64,000 bases of DNA from Mobula hypostoma (GCF_963921235.1 NC_086097.1:17484001-17548000), one strand, 5' to 3'; shown: positions 25,456 to 36,824, counted from the stretch's first letter. Notes: generated from the sequence alone by a model not told the origin. Numbers and translations are program-made.

Positions 25456-26399
25456 GCACCTCTTCCTACAAATGCTGCTTGGCCTGCTACGTTCACCAGC
25501 AACTTTGATGTGTGTTATTTAGTGAAATGATCATTTATTACAAACACATCTTTTGTGTTACCTTGATTGGGTTCTAATGTAAGAAAGTCCATGCAGACCA
25601 GCTGCAGGGGTCGAGTACTCACAATATTCACTAATGGAGCAGCTTTTTCGGGCAATTCTTTATTCTTGCACATGGACCGCATGTTTTAATCCTGTGTTCC
25701 ACACTAGCAGCCATTTTAGGCCAATAGAATTGGCTTCTGACTAGGTCCAGGGTACAGTCAATACCCAATGACCAAAGTCATTGTGAAGACTCTTAAGTAC
25801 CTTAGATTAAAACTTTTCAGGTAAAACAAGCTGGTATGTTGTTTCATCTCCAGTTAAATCTTTTCCTGTAGAGAATTCCATCTTTTAGCTCTAGACGATC
25901 ACATTATCTGAGAAGGTAGGGTAGTCTGGGGATTGTATTTCTCACTGATGGTGATGGTTTTTCTCCAGCTTCCATCTGCTTGATGACTTCCCCTATACAG
26001 GGATCTGCTAACTGGGAGTCTGTAATCTCAGCATCAGAGAGATGAGAAGTGACTGTTAATCCCCCACACTGATCTTTTTCTGCGTAATTGTCAGGTATAG
26101 CACTTGAATGCATCATTAAAAATCGAACATGTGCAATGGCAACATTTGTGGCAAGTTCTGTTTGTTAGGTAAGACAATTCTCACATACAGCTTGCACAAC
26201 GTCAGCGTTAACTTCAACCACATCACCTGAGTTCACCAGGTGACTTCCAGTAAACTTCAAGATGCATTCCTGCTCTTTCTGAGACTTTGATTCACCAAGC
26301 AAGACCATGGAGCTTTTGGGACATGCTTTGCCAGGATCAATCCCTGTTTGTCCTGCAACAGAAACTGCTTCTGATTTAAAATGAGGCTTAGGAGTACCA

Positions 26400-28000
26400 T
26401 GACATGACTCCCACTCACTCCTTCTCTTTTCAAGCTCTCTTCTCTTTTCTGCTACTAACGCTGGATTGGGTTCATAGCAGCAAGAGCTGGCTATGTGCTC
26501 ATCTTTGCTGCATTTACAATTGCGCCAAGGTTTGGTTTTACACTTGGCTGTTTGTTAGTGGTTGCGGACTGTTGCTCGTCTTTTGTATCAAACTTTCCTT
26601 TTGGTGGTGTATCACTTGCTGTCTTAGAGCTCACTTTTACCTTCTGCTGTTTTGTAGCTTGTAGAGCAGCTAGTTGACTTTGAAGCTCAGCGATTTGTTT
26701 AGTCAGTTGAGAAGTAATTGAAATCAGCTGTGCTACATCATCTTCTGTGCAGGCACCTGCGATCTGAAACTGTATAATGGCATATTTAGTGACTGTTCCT
26801 AAATGCTGCTTCATGCATGCGGTTCTGGAAGCACGCTTGTCTTCCTCAGTGCGTAGGAATGTCAATAGTTCGGTAAACAATGGTGGGTTGTATTTTTCCT
26901 GTTCCATTTGCAGCTCCAACATTGGAAAGTGGTCCCAACATCCCCTACAAAACTGTTTTAAGAGACTTTTGTTAGCCTCAGTGTCAACACTACCTATAGC
27001 CGCTGTAGGTAAGCAGACGGTTTTTCACCTGTGTTCTGTATCGTGTTCATGAATTTGGCAAACAATTCATCACCATCTTCCGTGGTGGCAAAAGCTGAAT
27101 CTAGTTGTATGTAAATAGCGGGTGAAGTTCCAGGGCTTATTGATTTGATGATATCAGATGCTGGTGGAAGAATACTTCCACATATTTTCCGTGTAATATG
27201 AAGATCAGACACACTTGGTCTTGCAAGAACAGTTCAACACTAGCACGCCAAGTCTCATAATCTGCCTCAGTAGGTGGATAAGGGGTTCTACCAGAAAAAG
27301 TTCAGAGCCTTACTGGTGGAATGCCATGAGCCATCAAGTAATTTCTGCTCACAATGTGCTGGACTATGACTTTTTGAATATCTGGAGGGTTTAGATCATT
27401 GGAAGAGACAGATGGGTTCACTGCAACTCTGTTAGTTTGTATTACAGGGATTGAGTTATTCTGCATAGCAGCTAGAACTGTTTCTGCCTGGTTAGTATCA
27501 AAGGAGTCTGCTCTGAATTGAAGAGTTGTGGTCCTGTTACATACTTTTTCAGCAGTTTGAATAGTGACTGTTTCCCTACTCTCGAAAGTAAGGATTTCAC
27601 TGATCTGTGTTAACGTCTCTTCCAGGACTTCATCATAATCTTTCACACTGCGTTTCACTAAGGTTTTCAACACCAAGGTAAAGTTGAGTTGTGTCTTTTC
27701 CAACTTTCTGAGTGTAAACCCTGGCTAAAGAAACTACATGATAGGAAACGTTTTGGTCACCACTTGCCTGTTGAGTATATGGTAGCAAGGGCTGGAGATC
27801 TTGCATGGCAGAACCAAAATTGTACTCTACTATGTGGTACTTGGGAAGTTCTGCACTGGGGTCAGTTCAAGGAATAACTATGGAAACTGAGCCATATTTG
27901 TTTATGAAGTCTAGTATTTCCTCATCTTTTTCTGTTATGCCAATGACTAAAACAGCATTTGGGATTTTGACACCCTTTTCCTGTATGACTTCCATTTTCT
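26400..28000 (-). pseudogene. Gypsy gag remnant (PNMA/Ma-like capsid)
   Basis: Fragments LDSAFATTEDGDELFAKFMNTIQNTGEKPSAYLQRL and PPLFTELLTFLRTEED, a Cys/His knuckle remnant near 26470-26520, and multiple frameshifts. Confidence 0.8.
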
Positions 28001-28098
28001 TTCACTATAGGTCTTAGTTGAACAAGTGAGTTTGAAAAATAAAATTATTTTAGTGTTTTGTAGACTAATTAATGCCTTATGGTTATCTAATACACTGC

Positions 28099-28116
28099 CT
28101 CCTGGCTAGCTCGTCA
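28099..28116 (-). promoter_or_regulatory. Primer-binding site, tRNA-Arg(ACG)-like
   Basis: Plus strand ctcctggctagctcgtca matches 16/18 of the remembered tRNA-Arg(ACG) 3' end ctcctggctggctcgcca. It lies 7 nt inside the 5' LTR. Confidence 0.7.
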
Positions 28117-28530
28117 AGTTTTATGTAAGAGATGTGTAGCACTTATCTCATGTAACGGGTCACTGCACTCTTTATGAGAAAAATCAAATTACGTAGTATT
28201 ACACTGGGTGCTAGTAGGCCATCAGAAGGTCCAGATATTGGATGGAGGCAGTGAATACAGAAAACACACTTCTGGAGTTAGGTTTTGCTTTTTAAAAAAA
28301 AACAAGATAGACAAAATATTTACATGAGTAAGAACAATTCAAAATTCCAACATTCTATATAGGTTCCAAATCTCAGATATCAACAAAAACCAAATTCCTG
28401 TTTAGTTAGAATCAGTGATATTCAATAGAATAACCTTTGTTACTCAAATTTCTCTAATTAGATCTAGTGTTATTCCCTATTTAAAGGTTTACACACTAAA
28501 TTTTTATTTTTTTTTATCCCTAGTTAGAAA

Positions 28531-31500
28531 TCAAAAATTTACAATTGAAGTAGGGAATAGATTTCAAAGTCTAGAAATAGAATCTGTTGAAGATGATAGC
28601 AATCATGTAGAAATGAAGTTTAACTCTCTGAAGGATGCCTTAGTAGAATCAGCAAAGTCAGTGATTCCTAGAAAAGAAAAAAGCACAAAGAATAAATGGA
28701 TGACAGATGAAATCAAAAATCTAATGGAAGAAAGGAGATTGAAGAAAGCAAATCCTATGGAATATAAGTCCTTCGATAAAAAAGTTAGAAGTTTATGTCA
28801 AAAAGCCAAAGAATGGTTAAACCAGGAATGTGAGCAACGAGAAAGAATCCCTATCACTGATCCAAAAAGGGTACATCAACAAATCAAGAATATCACTGGT
28901 AAAAAGCTCCTCTGTTCTTCAGGTGGATATTTGAAAGCAAAGGACGGTACCATTATCATGGAAAAAGATGAGATTATGAACAGATGGACTGAGTATATTC
29001 AGGAATTGTTTGAAGGCAATTAAGGCGAAAAACCAGAAATTCAGAAGAACATTGAAGGTCCAAATATTTTAAAATCTGAATTCGTAATGCAATAAGTAAG
29101 GTGAAGAAAGGAAAGGCAGCAGGTCCTGATGAATTAGTAATAGAACAAATTATTGCCCTAGAAGATTATGGAATTGAAAAACTTACTGATTTAATCAATG
29201 ACATTTATGAGACTGGAATAATACCAGCAGAGATGAAAAAAAATCCATATTTATCACTCTTCCTAAAAAACCTGGAGCAACAGAATGTGAATTACATAGG
29301 ACCATAAGTTTAAAGAGTCATATCACTAAGATACTTATAGGAATTTTGATGACAAGTGCTGAAAGTAAGATACAAGCTCAAATAGGTAAAGAACAATGTG
29401 GTTTTGTGAAAGACAAAGGTACAAGAAACGTGATATTGATGTTGAGGATACTATCAGAATGAGCTATTCAAGTGCAAAAAGATTTGTTTGTTTGTTTTAT
29501 TGACTACACAAAAGCATTTGATAAAGTAAAGCACAGTAAGTTATTTGAAATATTACAAGAAACTCTAGATCTAGATTCGAAAGACCTCCATCTAATCAGA
29601 AATCTGTACTGGGAACAAACTGCTGCAGTAAGAATAGATGGAGAAGTGTCAGTTTACAAAAATCAAGAGTGGCTTCAGACAGGAGTGTGTTTTCTCCCCT
29701 GATTTGTTTAATGTGTACAGTGAAACAATATTACAAAAAATAAGAGCCATCTTGGGAATCAAAGTTGGCGGTGAAAACATCAATAATTTCAGATATGCGG
29801 ATGGCACTGTGTTATTTGTAAGTACGGAGGAAGAACTACAAAACTTAATTGATATAGTTGTTGAAGAAAGTGCAAAAATGGGTCTATCCATCAATCGCAA
29901 AAAGACAATGTATGGTGATATCCAAAAAGAAGGAGAATCCTATCTGCAGGTGAAAATAAACGGGGAAGACATAAAACAAGTACAGAACTTTTGCTATGTA
30001 GGAGGCTGGGTGACATCAGATGGCAACTGCGACATGGACATCAAAAGAAGAATAGGGATGGCAAAAGACACCTTTACAAGAATGAAGTGTATACTGACCA
30101 ACACTAAACTAGGCATGACAACCCGCCTCAGAGTACTGAAAATGTTACGTTTATTCAGTTATGTTATATGGATCAGAATGTTGGACAATATCTTGTAACA
30201 TGAGGAAACGAATTGAAGCAGCAGAGATGTGGTTTTTGAGGAGGATGCAAAGAATATCATGGACGAAATGAATATCTAATGAGGATGTCATGAACAGAGC
30301 AAGCACAAAAAGAGAAATAGAAACATAGAAACTTAGAAAATAGGTGCAGGAGTAGGCCATTCGGCCCTTTGAGCCTGCACCGCCATTCAGTATGATCATG
30401 GCTGATCATCCAACTCAGAACCCTGTACCAGCCTTCCCTCCATACCCGCTGATCCCTTTAGCCACAAGGGCCATATCTAACTCCCTCTTAAATATAGCCA
30501 GTGAACTGGCCTCAACTGTTTCCTGTAGCAGAGAATTCCACAGATTCACCACTCTCTGTGTGAAGAAGTTTTTCCTAATCTTGGTCCTAAAAGGCTTCCC
30601 CTTTATCCTCAAACTGTGACCCCTCGTTCTGGACTTCCCCAACATCGGGAACAATCTTCCTGCATCTAGCCTGTCCAATCCCTTTAGGATTTTATACATT
30701 TCAATCGGATCCCCCCTCAATCATCTAAATTCCAATGAGTATAAGCCTAGTTCATCCAGTCTTTCATCATATGAAAGTCCTGCCATCCCAGGAATCAATC
30801 TGGTGAACCTTCTTTGTACTCCCTCTATGGCAAAAATGTCTTTCCTCAGATTAGGGGACCAAAACTGCACACAATACTCCAGGTGTGGTCTCACCAAGGC
30901 CTTGTACAACTGCAGTAGTACCTCCCTGCTCCTGTACTCGAATCCTCCTGCTATAAATGCCAGCATACCATTCGCCTTTTTCACCGCCTGCTGTACCTGC
31001 ATGCCCACTTTCAATGACTGGTGTATAATGACACCCAGGTCTCGTTGCACCTCCCCTTTTCCTAATCGGCCACCATTCAGATAATAATCTGTTTTCCTGT
31101 TTTTGCCACCAAAGTGGATAACTTCACATTTATCCACAGTAAATTGCATCTGCCATGAATTTGCCCACTCACCTAACCTATCCAAGTCACCCTGCATCCT
31201 CTTAGCATCCTCCCCACAGCTAACACTGCCGCCCAGCTTCGTGTCATCTGCAAACTTGGAGATGCTGCATTTAATTCCCTCATCCAAGTCATTAATATGT
31301 ATAAATAATGTATGAGATCATGAAAAGGCAATATAACTTCATTGGACGTGGTTAGGAAAGAGGAGTTAGAATGCACGGTAATTATGGGGACGATTGAAGG
31401 GAAGAAAGCAAAAAGAAGTCAAAGGCAAATGATGATGGAGACAGCAGCCAGAGAACTGGAAATGAATACCAATGAATTGATCCACTTGACCCGAAACAGG

Positions 31501-31553
31501 AGTGTGTGGGCCATGGCAGTCAAAGCTCAATCTCGGCATGGCACCTGATGATG
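28531..31553 (+). mobile_element. RTE-clade LINE, 5'-truncated and frameshifted, with nested CR1
   Basis: KAAGPDE, FIDYTKAFDKV, INNFRYADGT, RRIGMAKDTF, GTIEGKK motifs; (tga)n tail; 9-bp TSD agttagaaa (28522-28530 / 31554-31562). Inserted in the Gypsy 5' LTR. Confidence 0.9.
30320..31302 (-). mobile_element. CR1 LINE 3' portion nested in RTE
   Basis: KFADDTKLGG..RPHLEYCVQFWSP; (tagaaaca)n tail; aaata repeated at both junctions. Confidence 0.92.
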
Positions 31554-32310
31554 AGTTAGAAAACTAATTGAATGCCTATTATTAAGTATTATAGTTAACT
31601 TCAGTTTCAGTTCAAGTACGTCTAAAAATTGAAATTCAAATTCAAAAATTATATATCTATGCAGCTTAATTTCTTTCACAGCAATTCTCCAACATTACAA
31701 CTTTTAAACAAAGTAAATCTCATTCAGTAACTTATCAAAGTCTTTGCAAAAATAATCAGTCCTTGAAGAAAATCAAATTCAGATCCTTTGAATGAAAATA
31801 ACCTTGTACATGCAACCGAATTTAATACGGTAAATTCTCCACATCATGAAACATTTCGTTCCTGTGCTAGTTTTTCATCTTGGGTGGCTCGCCATCTTGT
31901 TTCGTTGGATGAAATTGTACATCATACTCAGAAAGTCGATTCACAAACTTGTAGAAAAAAACCTAACCAAATTCCTTGGTGTGATTTAACAGAACTACTT
32001 CCTGGTTACACGGTAGTGATTTTGGTCACTCATCTATGGCGATATTGTCTCATTATAGCTGCTGCTCGTTATAGCTGTAGCTTCAATAGTTTGCCTCTCT
32101 TCCCAGGGTTTCACCCTGAGATTTTCAAGTAAGGATACTCACCACTAATCCCACTTTTAACAGTTTATATCTTTAGTTTCTAATAGTTTGCTGCATTTCT
32201 CTCGCTTTCCCACGCTGCATCAGCTATGCCTTGTTGTCGCATATTTTTTTCCATCCAAGTTTTTTAAAAATTCAGCAAACCTCGTTTCCATCCCTCCACA
32301 GATGGAGCTT

Positions 32311-32719
32311 CCTTTTTTTTGTAATTTATTTTTTATTGAAGTTCATCATCAAACAAAACTTTCCATAAGATGTATTTCAGGTACTGTACATATATATCAT
32401 ATAGTCATATTTGTCACAAATCTCCACATAATATTTATCTGAGGTATACACTTATAGAAAGGAGAGGAAAGAAAGAACAATCAAAATAAGAAAACTATGT
32501 ACAAAGTAGGGAGTGATTCTTTTTTTTACAACATTTTTTGACTTGTGAGAATAAAATCAGGCCTATGAGGTGTTATGTAGTTAAACCATTTTTCCCAGTA
32601 TGAATCAAATTGTTCCAACTTATGATTAACAGATGCTGTTATCTTCTCCATTTTGTAAATGTCCATTGTAATTTCCATCCATACATTCAAAGTTGGGCTC
32701 TCCTGTGATAACCATTTCC
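32311..32719 (-). mobile_element. L1-like LINE 3' end with poly(A)
   Basis: Minus strand ends AATAAA..aaaaaaaaa. ORF end RKWLSQESPTLNVWMEI..EK...F..YWEKW resembles an L1 ORF2 C-terminus. TSD tggagctt at 32303-32310 / 32720-32727. Confidence 0.8.
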
Positions 32720-32767
32720 TGGAGCTTTCTAACATTACATCTTCAGGTTTAATTAACTTGGGTTACA

Positions 32768-34996
32768 TCATGGACAAGGATCGATCTGGTCCTAGGGTTA
32801 AGGTTCTGAACTGGAAGAAGGCCAAATTTGAAGAAATGAGAAAGGATCTAAAAAGCGTGGATTGGGACAGGTTGTTCTCTGGCATGGATGTGATCGGTAG
32901 GTGGGAAGCCTTCAAAGGAGAAATTTTGAGAGTGCAGAATTTGTATGTTCCTGTCAGGATTAAAGGCAAAGTGAATAGGAATAAGGAACCTTGGTTCTCA
33001 AGGGATATTGCAACTCTGATAAAGAAGAAGAGGGAGTTGTATGACGTGTATAGGAAGCAGGGAGTAAATAAGGTGCTTGAAGAGTATAAGAAGTGCAAGA
33101 AAATACTTAAGAAAGAAATCAGGAGGGCTAAAAGAAGACATGAGGTTGCCTTGGCAGTCAAAGTGAAGGATAATCCAAAGAGCTTTTACAAGTATATTAA
33201 GAGCAAAAGGATTGTAAGGGATAAAATTGGTCCTCTTGAAGATCAGAGTGGTTGGCTTTGTGCGGAACCAAAGGAAATGGGGGAGACCTTAAATAGGTTT
33301 TTTGCGTCTGTATTTACTAAGGAAACTGGCATGAAGTCTATGGAATTAAAGGAAACAAGTAGTGAGACCATGGAAACTGTACAGATCAAAAAGGAGGAGG
33401 TCCTTGCTGTCTTGAGGAAAATTAAAGTGGATAAATCCCCAGGACCTGACAGGGTGTTCCCTCGGACCTTGAAGGAGACTAGTGTTGAAATTGCAGGGGC
33501 GCTGGCAGAAATATTTAAAATGTCGCTGTCTACAGGTGAGGTGCCGGAGGATTGGAGAGTGGCTCATGTTGTTCCATTGTTTAAAAAAGGATTGAAAAGT
33601 AATCCGGGAAATTATAGGTCAGTAAGTTTAACGTCGGTAGTAGGTAAGTTATTGGGGGGAGTACTAAGAGACAGAATCTACAAGCATTTGGATAGACAGG
33701 GACTTATTAGGGAGAGTCAACATGGCTTTGTGCGTGGTAGGTCATGTTTGACCAATCTATTGGAGTTTTTCGAGGAGGTTACCAGGAAAGTGGATGAAGG
33801 GAAGGCAGTGGATATTGTCTACATGGACTTCAGTAAGGCCTTTGACAAGGTCCCGCATGGGAGGTTAGTTAGGAAAATTCAGTCGCTAGGTATACATGGA
33901 GAGGTGGTAAATTGGATTAGACATTGGCTCAATGGAAGAAGCCAAAGAGTGGTGGTAGAGAATTGCTTCTCCGAGTGGAGACCTGTGACTAGTGGTGTGC
34001 CACAGGGATCAGTGCTGGGTCCATTGTTATTTGTCATCTATATCAATGATCTGGATGATAATGTGGTAAATTGGATCAGCAAATTTGCTGATGATACAAA
34101 GATTGGAGGTGTAGTAGACAGTGAGGAAGGTTTTCAGAGCCTGCAGAGGGACTTGGACCAGCTGGAAAAATGGGCTGAAAGATGGCAGATGGAGTTTAAT
34201 ACAGACAAGTGTGAGGTATTGCACATTGGAAGGACAAACCAAGGTAGAACATACAGGGTTAATGGTAAGGCACTGAGGAGTGCAGTGGAACAGAGGGATC
34301 TGGGAATACAGATACAAAATTCCCTAAAAGTGGCGTCACAGTTAGATCAATTCGTAAAGAGAGTTTTTGGTACATTGGCCTTTATTAATCAAAGTATTGA
34401 GTATAAGAGCTGGAATGTTATGATGAGGTTGTATAAGGCATTGGTGAGGCCGAATCTGGAGTATTGTGTTCAGTTTTGGTCACCAAATTACAAAAAGGAT
34501 ATTAATAAGGTTGAAAGAGTGCAGAGAAGGTTTACAAGGATGTTGCCAGGACTTGAGAAACTCAGTTACAGAGAAAGGTTGAATAGGTTAGGACTTTAGG
34601 ACTGGAGCGTAGAAGAATGAGGGGAGATTTGACAGAGGTATATAAAATTATGATGGGTATAGATAGAGTGAATGCAAGCAGGCTTTTTCCACTGAGGCAA
34701 GGTGAGAAAAAAACCAGAGGACATGGGTTAAGGGTGAGGGGGGAAAAGTTTAAAGGGAACATTAGGGGAGGTTTCTTCACACGGAGTGGTGGGAGTATGG
34801 AATGAGCTGCCAGACAAGGTGGTAAATGCAGGTTCTTTTTTAACATTTACGAATAAATTGGACAGATACATGGATGGGAGGTTTATGGAGGGATATGATC
34901 CCGTGTACAGGTCAGTGGGACTTGGCAGAAAATGGTTCGGCACAGACAAGAAGGGCCAAAAGGCCTGTTTCTGTGCTGTACTTTCTATGGTTTCTA
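32768..34996 (+). mobile_element. CR1 LINE, 5'-truncated, long open ORF2 (RT)
   Basis: ORF open to 34599 with KSPGPD, YMDFSKAFDKVPH, PQGSVLGP, KFADDTK; (tttctatg)n tail. Confidence 0.95.
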
Positions 34997-35000
34997 TAGA

Positions 35001-35137
35001 GAGTCGATGTTTCGGGCTAAGACCCTTCATCAGGACAGAAAAGCAAGGGGAAAGAAACCAAATACATCCGGCCCTGCTGAGTTCCTCTAGCATTTTGTGT
35101 GTGTTACTCAGGATTTCCAGTACTGTATCTGCAGACG
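35001..35137. mobile_element. Penelope-derived mini element: hammerhead motif (-) plus inverted tail (+)
   Basis: 35002-35037 minus strand reads gtc CTGATGA a-ggg-tcttag-ccc GAAA CATC gac. It is followed by the plus-sense tail cctgctgagttcctctagcattttgtgtgtg. Confidence 0.7.
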
Positions 35138-35337
35138 CTGCTGTACTGGTGTTTTTTTTTAAATAATTAGGTCACCTGTTTTAGTAGAGACACATTGAGC
35201 TATGTACAGCCACTAAGTAGCTTGTTACTCTTTGAGGGAGAAGGTTGTTGATTTGATGTGTTTTTTTTTCCTAACTATAATAAAGTAACATTGCAGGTGC
35301 AGGTCCAAAACCGGTACACCTGAAGTTTACATTAAGT

Positions 35338-35429
35338 CCCCCTCGGAACGAACCATATTTAAAAGACAGAAATATTTATCTCCCCCAGAACGAACCGTAT
35401 TTAAAAGAAATATTTATCTCCCCCAGAAC
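35338..35429. repeat. ~41-45-bp tandem duplication
   Basis: gaacgaacc.tatttaaaaga(caga)aatatttatctcccccagaac, two copies. Confidence 0.8.
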
Positions 35430-35559
35430 AGTAAGGAGTAAAAATACACATCGGTATCACTTTAATACTTACAAGTGAAGATGGAATGAATGGTCCATTA
35501 TACAGTATTTTATCGCACCCCTATTACCTGTATTCGAACTAAGATATCTATTTTATCAT

Positions 35560-36040
35560 TCTACGTTACTTGAGTAATCCTCCGCCAAGTTTCCCGTTCA
35601 ATCGTACCTACCAGATAAAACAGCGTCCACGGGCAGAACTAGCAATGATCACTGATTTAAAAAAAACACGATCAAGATCGATGCATTTTGAAAGGAATGT
35701 AATTGGGATAATTAAAAGTGTTATGGGGTTTCTCAAAAGGCAGACGGTAATTTGGGACAGGGTGCGCTGCGCGCTGCTTTCAACCCGGTCTCGTGAGCGC
35801 TGCGCGCTGCTTTCAACTCGGTCTCGTGAGCTCTGCGCGCTGCTTTCAACCCGGTCTCGTGAGCGCTGCGCGCTGCTTTCAACCCAGTCTCGTGAGCGCT
35901 GCGCGCTGCTTTCAACCCGGTCTCGTGTGGGACGGTTGAAGCGCCGTTTTAAAGTCCACTCCCAAAGAGGGGTAAAGAAAAACTCGGAGGTAAGTTAAAG
36001 TCTGTCTCACTTCGAGATTTCCTCACCTTCAGCGGGGCAT
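35560..36040. promoter_or_regulatory. Candidate CpG-island-like promoter
   Basis: CpG retained in otherwise CpG-poor unique DNA. Donor GAG|GTAAGT at 35990 (+); minus-strand donors near 35609, 35525 and 35470. Confidence 0.45.
35764..35927. repeat. CpG-rich 33-bp tandem repeat, 5 copies
   Basis: Unit gcgctgcgcgctgctttcaacccggtctcgtga, starting at 35764, 35797, 35830, 35863 and 35896. Confidence 0.95.
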
Positions 36041-36824
36041 AATGAAAAACAGTCCTTCATTTTAAAGCAAAAGAAAACGTTCTAACATTTATTGCTGCTT
36101 TAAGGAATACTGGGGGAAATTGAAATCATCTACTAAGCAAAACTACTAATGCTTGGATTGTATAACCTGTATCTGAATTAGTCATCTAATTTGTGTGCAA
36201 CAGGATTTTTCTTAAAACAGGATGAACTACAGTGATCTTTGAATCTCTGTCTTCTGTATATATTCTCACTCCTCCATCCCCTTGCAGACTAAAGTTCTTC
36301 TAAGATGTAGCTGTTGATTTCTCTCTTGGTTCTTGATCCTCCAAAATATTCCGCATGGAATTTAAACTGGAGGTGGTGGAGGGTGAGCTTAAGAAGGAGA
36401 TTTTTGAAGAAGAAAAGTTGCCTTAAATGTAATTGGGTTTGTTTGTGTGAGTGTGGTAGGGTGAAGATTATTCCATCCCATTATTCTCTTTTTGTTGAGC
36501 CATTTTACTGGAGCTGAGGTTTTGACTGCATAAACTCAGTCATAATATTGCCAAGCTGAATTTATCTAGCTTTGAATTCCATTATTACCTGATGACCAGT
36601 GCGGTCTTTTGGGTACCTTTCGTAAACTTGTAACATTGGTTTGCCCACATTCTTACCTGTTCACCCATCCTTCCAGTCTCCCAGTACATTGTAGTTTTAA
36701 ATGTCTTTTTCTTATTGTTATCTTGCTTGCCAGCTCTTGCTAACCCCTCACCTTGTAATAATGGCCATCTCCCCTCTTATCTTTCAAACAGGAAGGATCT
36801 TGACCCAAAACATTGACTATCCAT

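Larger units (their letters stand above)
22294..25515. mobile_element. Penelope-like element, head-to-head inverted pair of 5'-truncated copies (RT C-terminus + GIY-YIG)
   Basis: ORFs 23945-25123 (+) and 22720-23952 (-) contain GVAMGTRMGP, YIDD, DVYYKPTD, VIYCV.C..C.LLYIGET. A 13-bp TSD tatttagtgaaat lies at 22281-22293 and 25516-25528. Confidence 0.95.
21500..26300 (-). pseudogene. Gypsy pol remnant (integrase), split by the Penelope insertion at 22294-25515
   Basis: FTKYVLAIPTPNQKAKTV..HYGYPKHLHNDRGPDFKS..TTSYDPRGN..FNRTFLNML, plus a GPY/F-like C-terminus (GTRVLVRN..KNKLADKW..RTLHRDLL). Confidence 0.85.
14973..32767 (-). mobile_element. Decayed Gypsy LTR retrotransposon (PNMA-like gag, partial pol) with ~1.2-kb LTRs and nested insertions
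   Basis: 3' LTR 14973-15722 + ~20319-20807; 5' LTR 28124-28530 + 31554-32310 + 32720-32767 (TGTA...TTACA). PPT aagggggaggg at 20808-20818 (-); PBS at 28099-28116; gag and integrase remnants inside. Confidence 0.88.

Noticed and set aside
26400..28000. Domesticated PNMA-like host gene
   Set aside because: Multiple frameshifts and stops, and it lies between paired LTRs with a PBS, so it is a decayed retrotransposon gag.
32659..34599. 646-aa ORF as a complete or domesticated gene
   Set aside because: The first ~36 codons come from antisense L1 and LTR sequence. The rest is a 5'-truncated CR1 ORF2 lacking most of the endonuclease and broken near 34600.
35764..35927. CRISPR-like array
   Set aside because: Units are directly adjacent with no unique spacers, there are no cas genes, and the context is eukaryotic.
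35570..35998. 142-aa ORF with RCALLSTRSRE repeats as ltbp2 exon 1 or a novel protein
   Set aside because: It is open because the unit is 33 bp and stop-free. It has no signal peptide, and its donor is phase 0 whereas the next ltbp2 exon needs phase 2.
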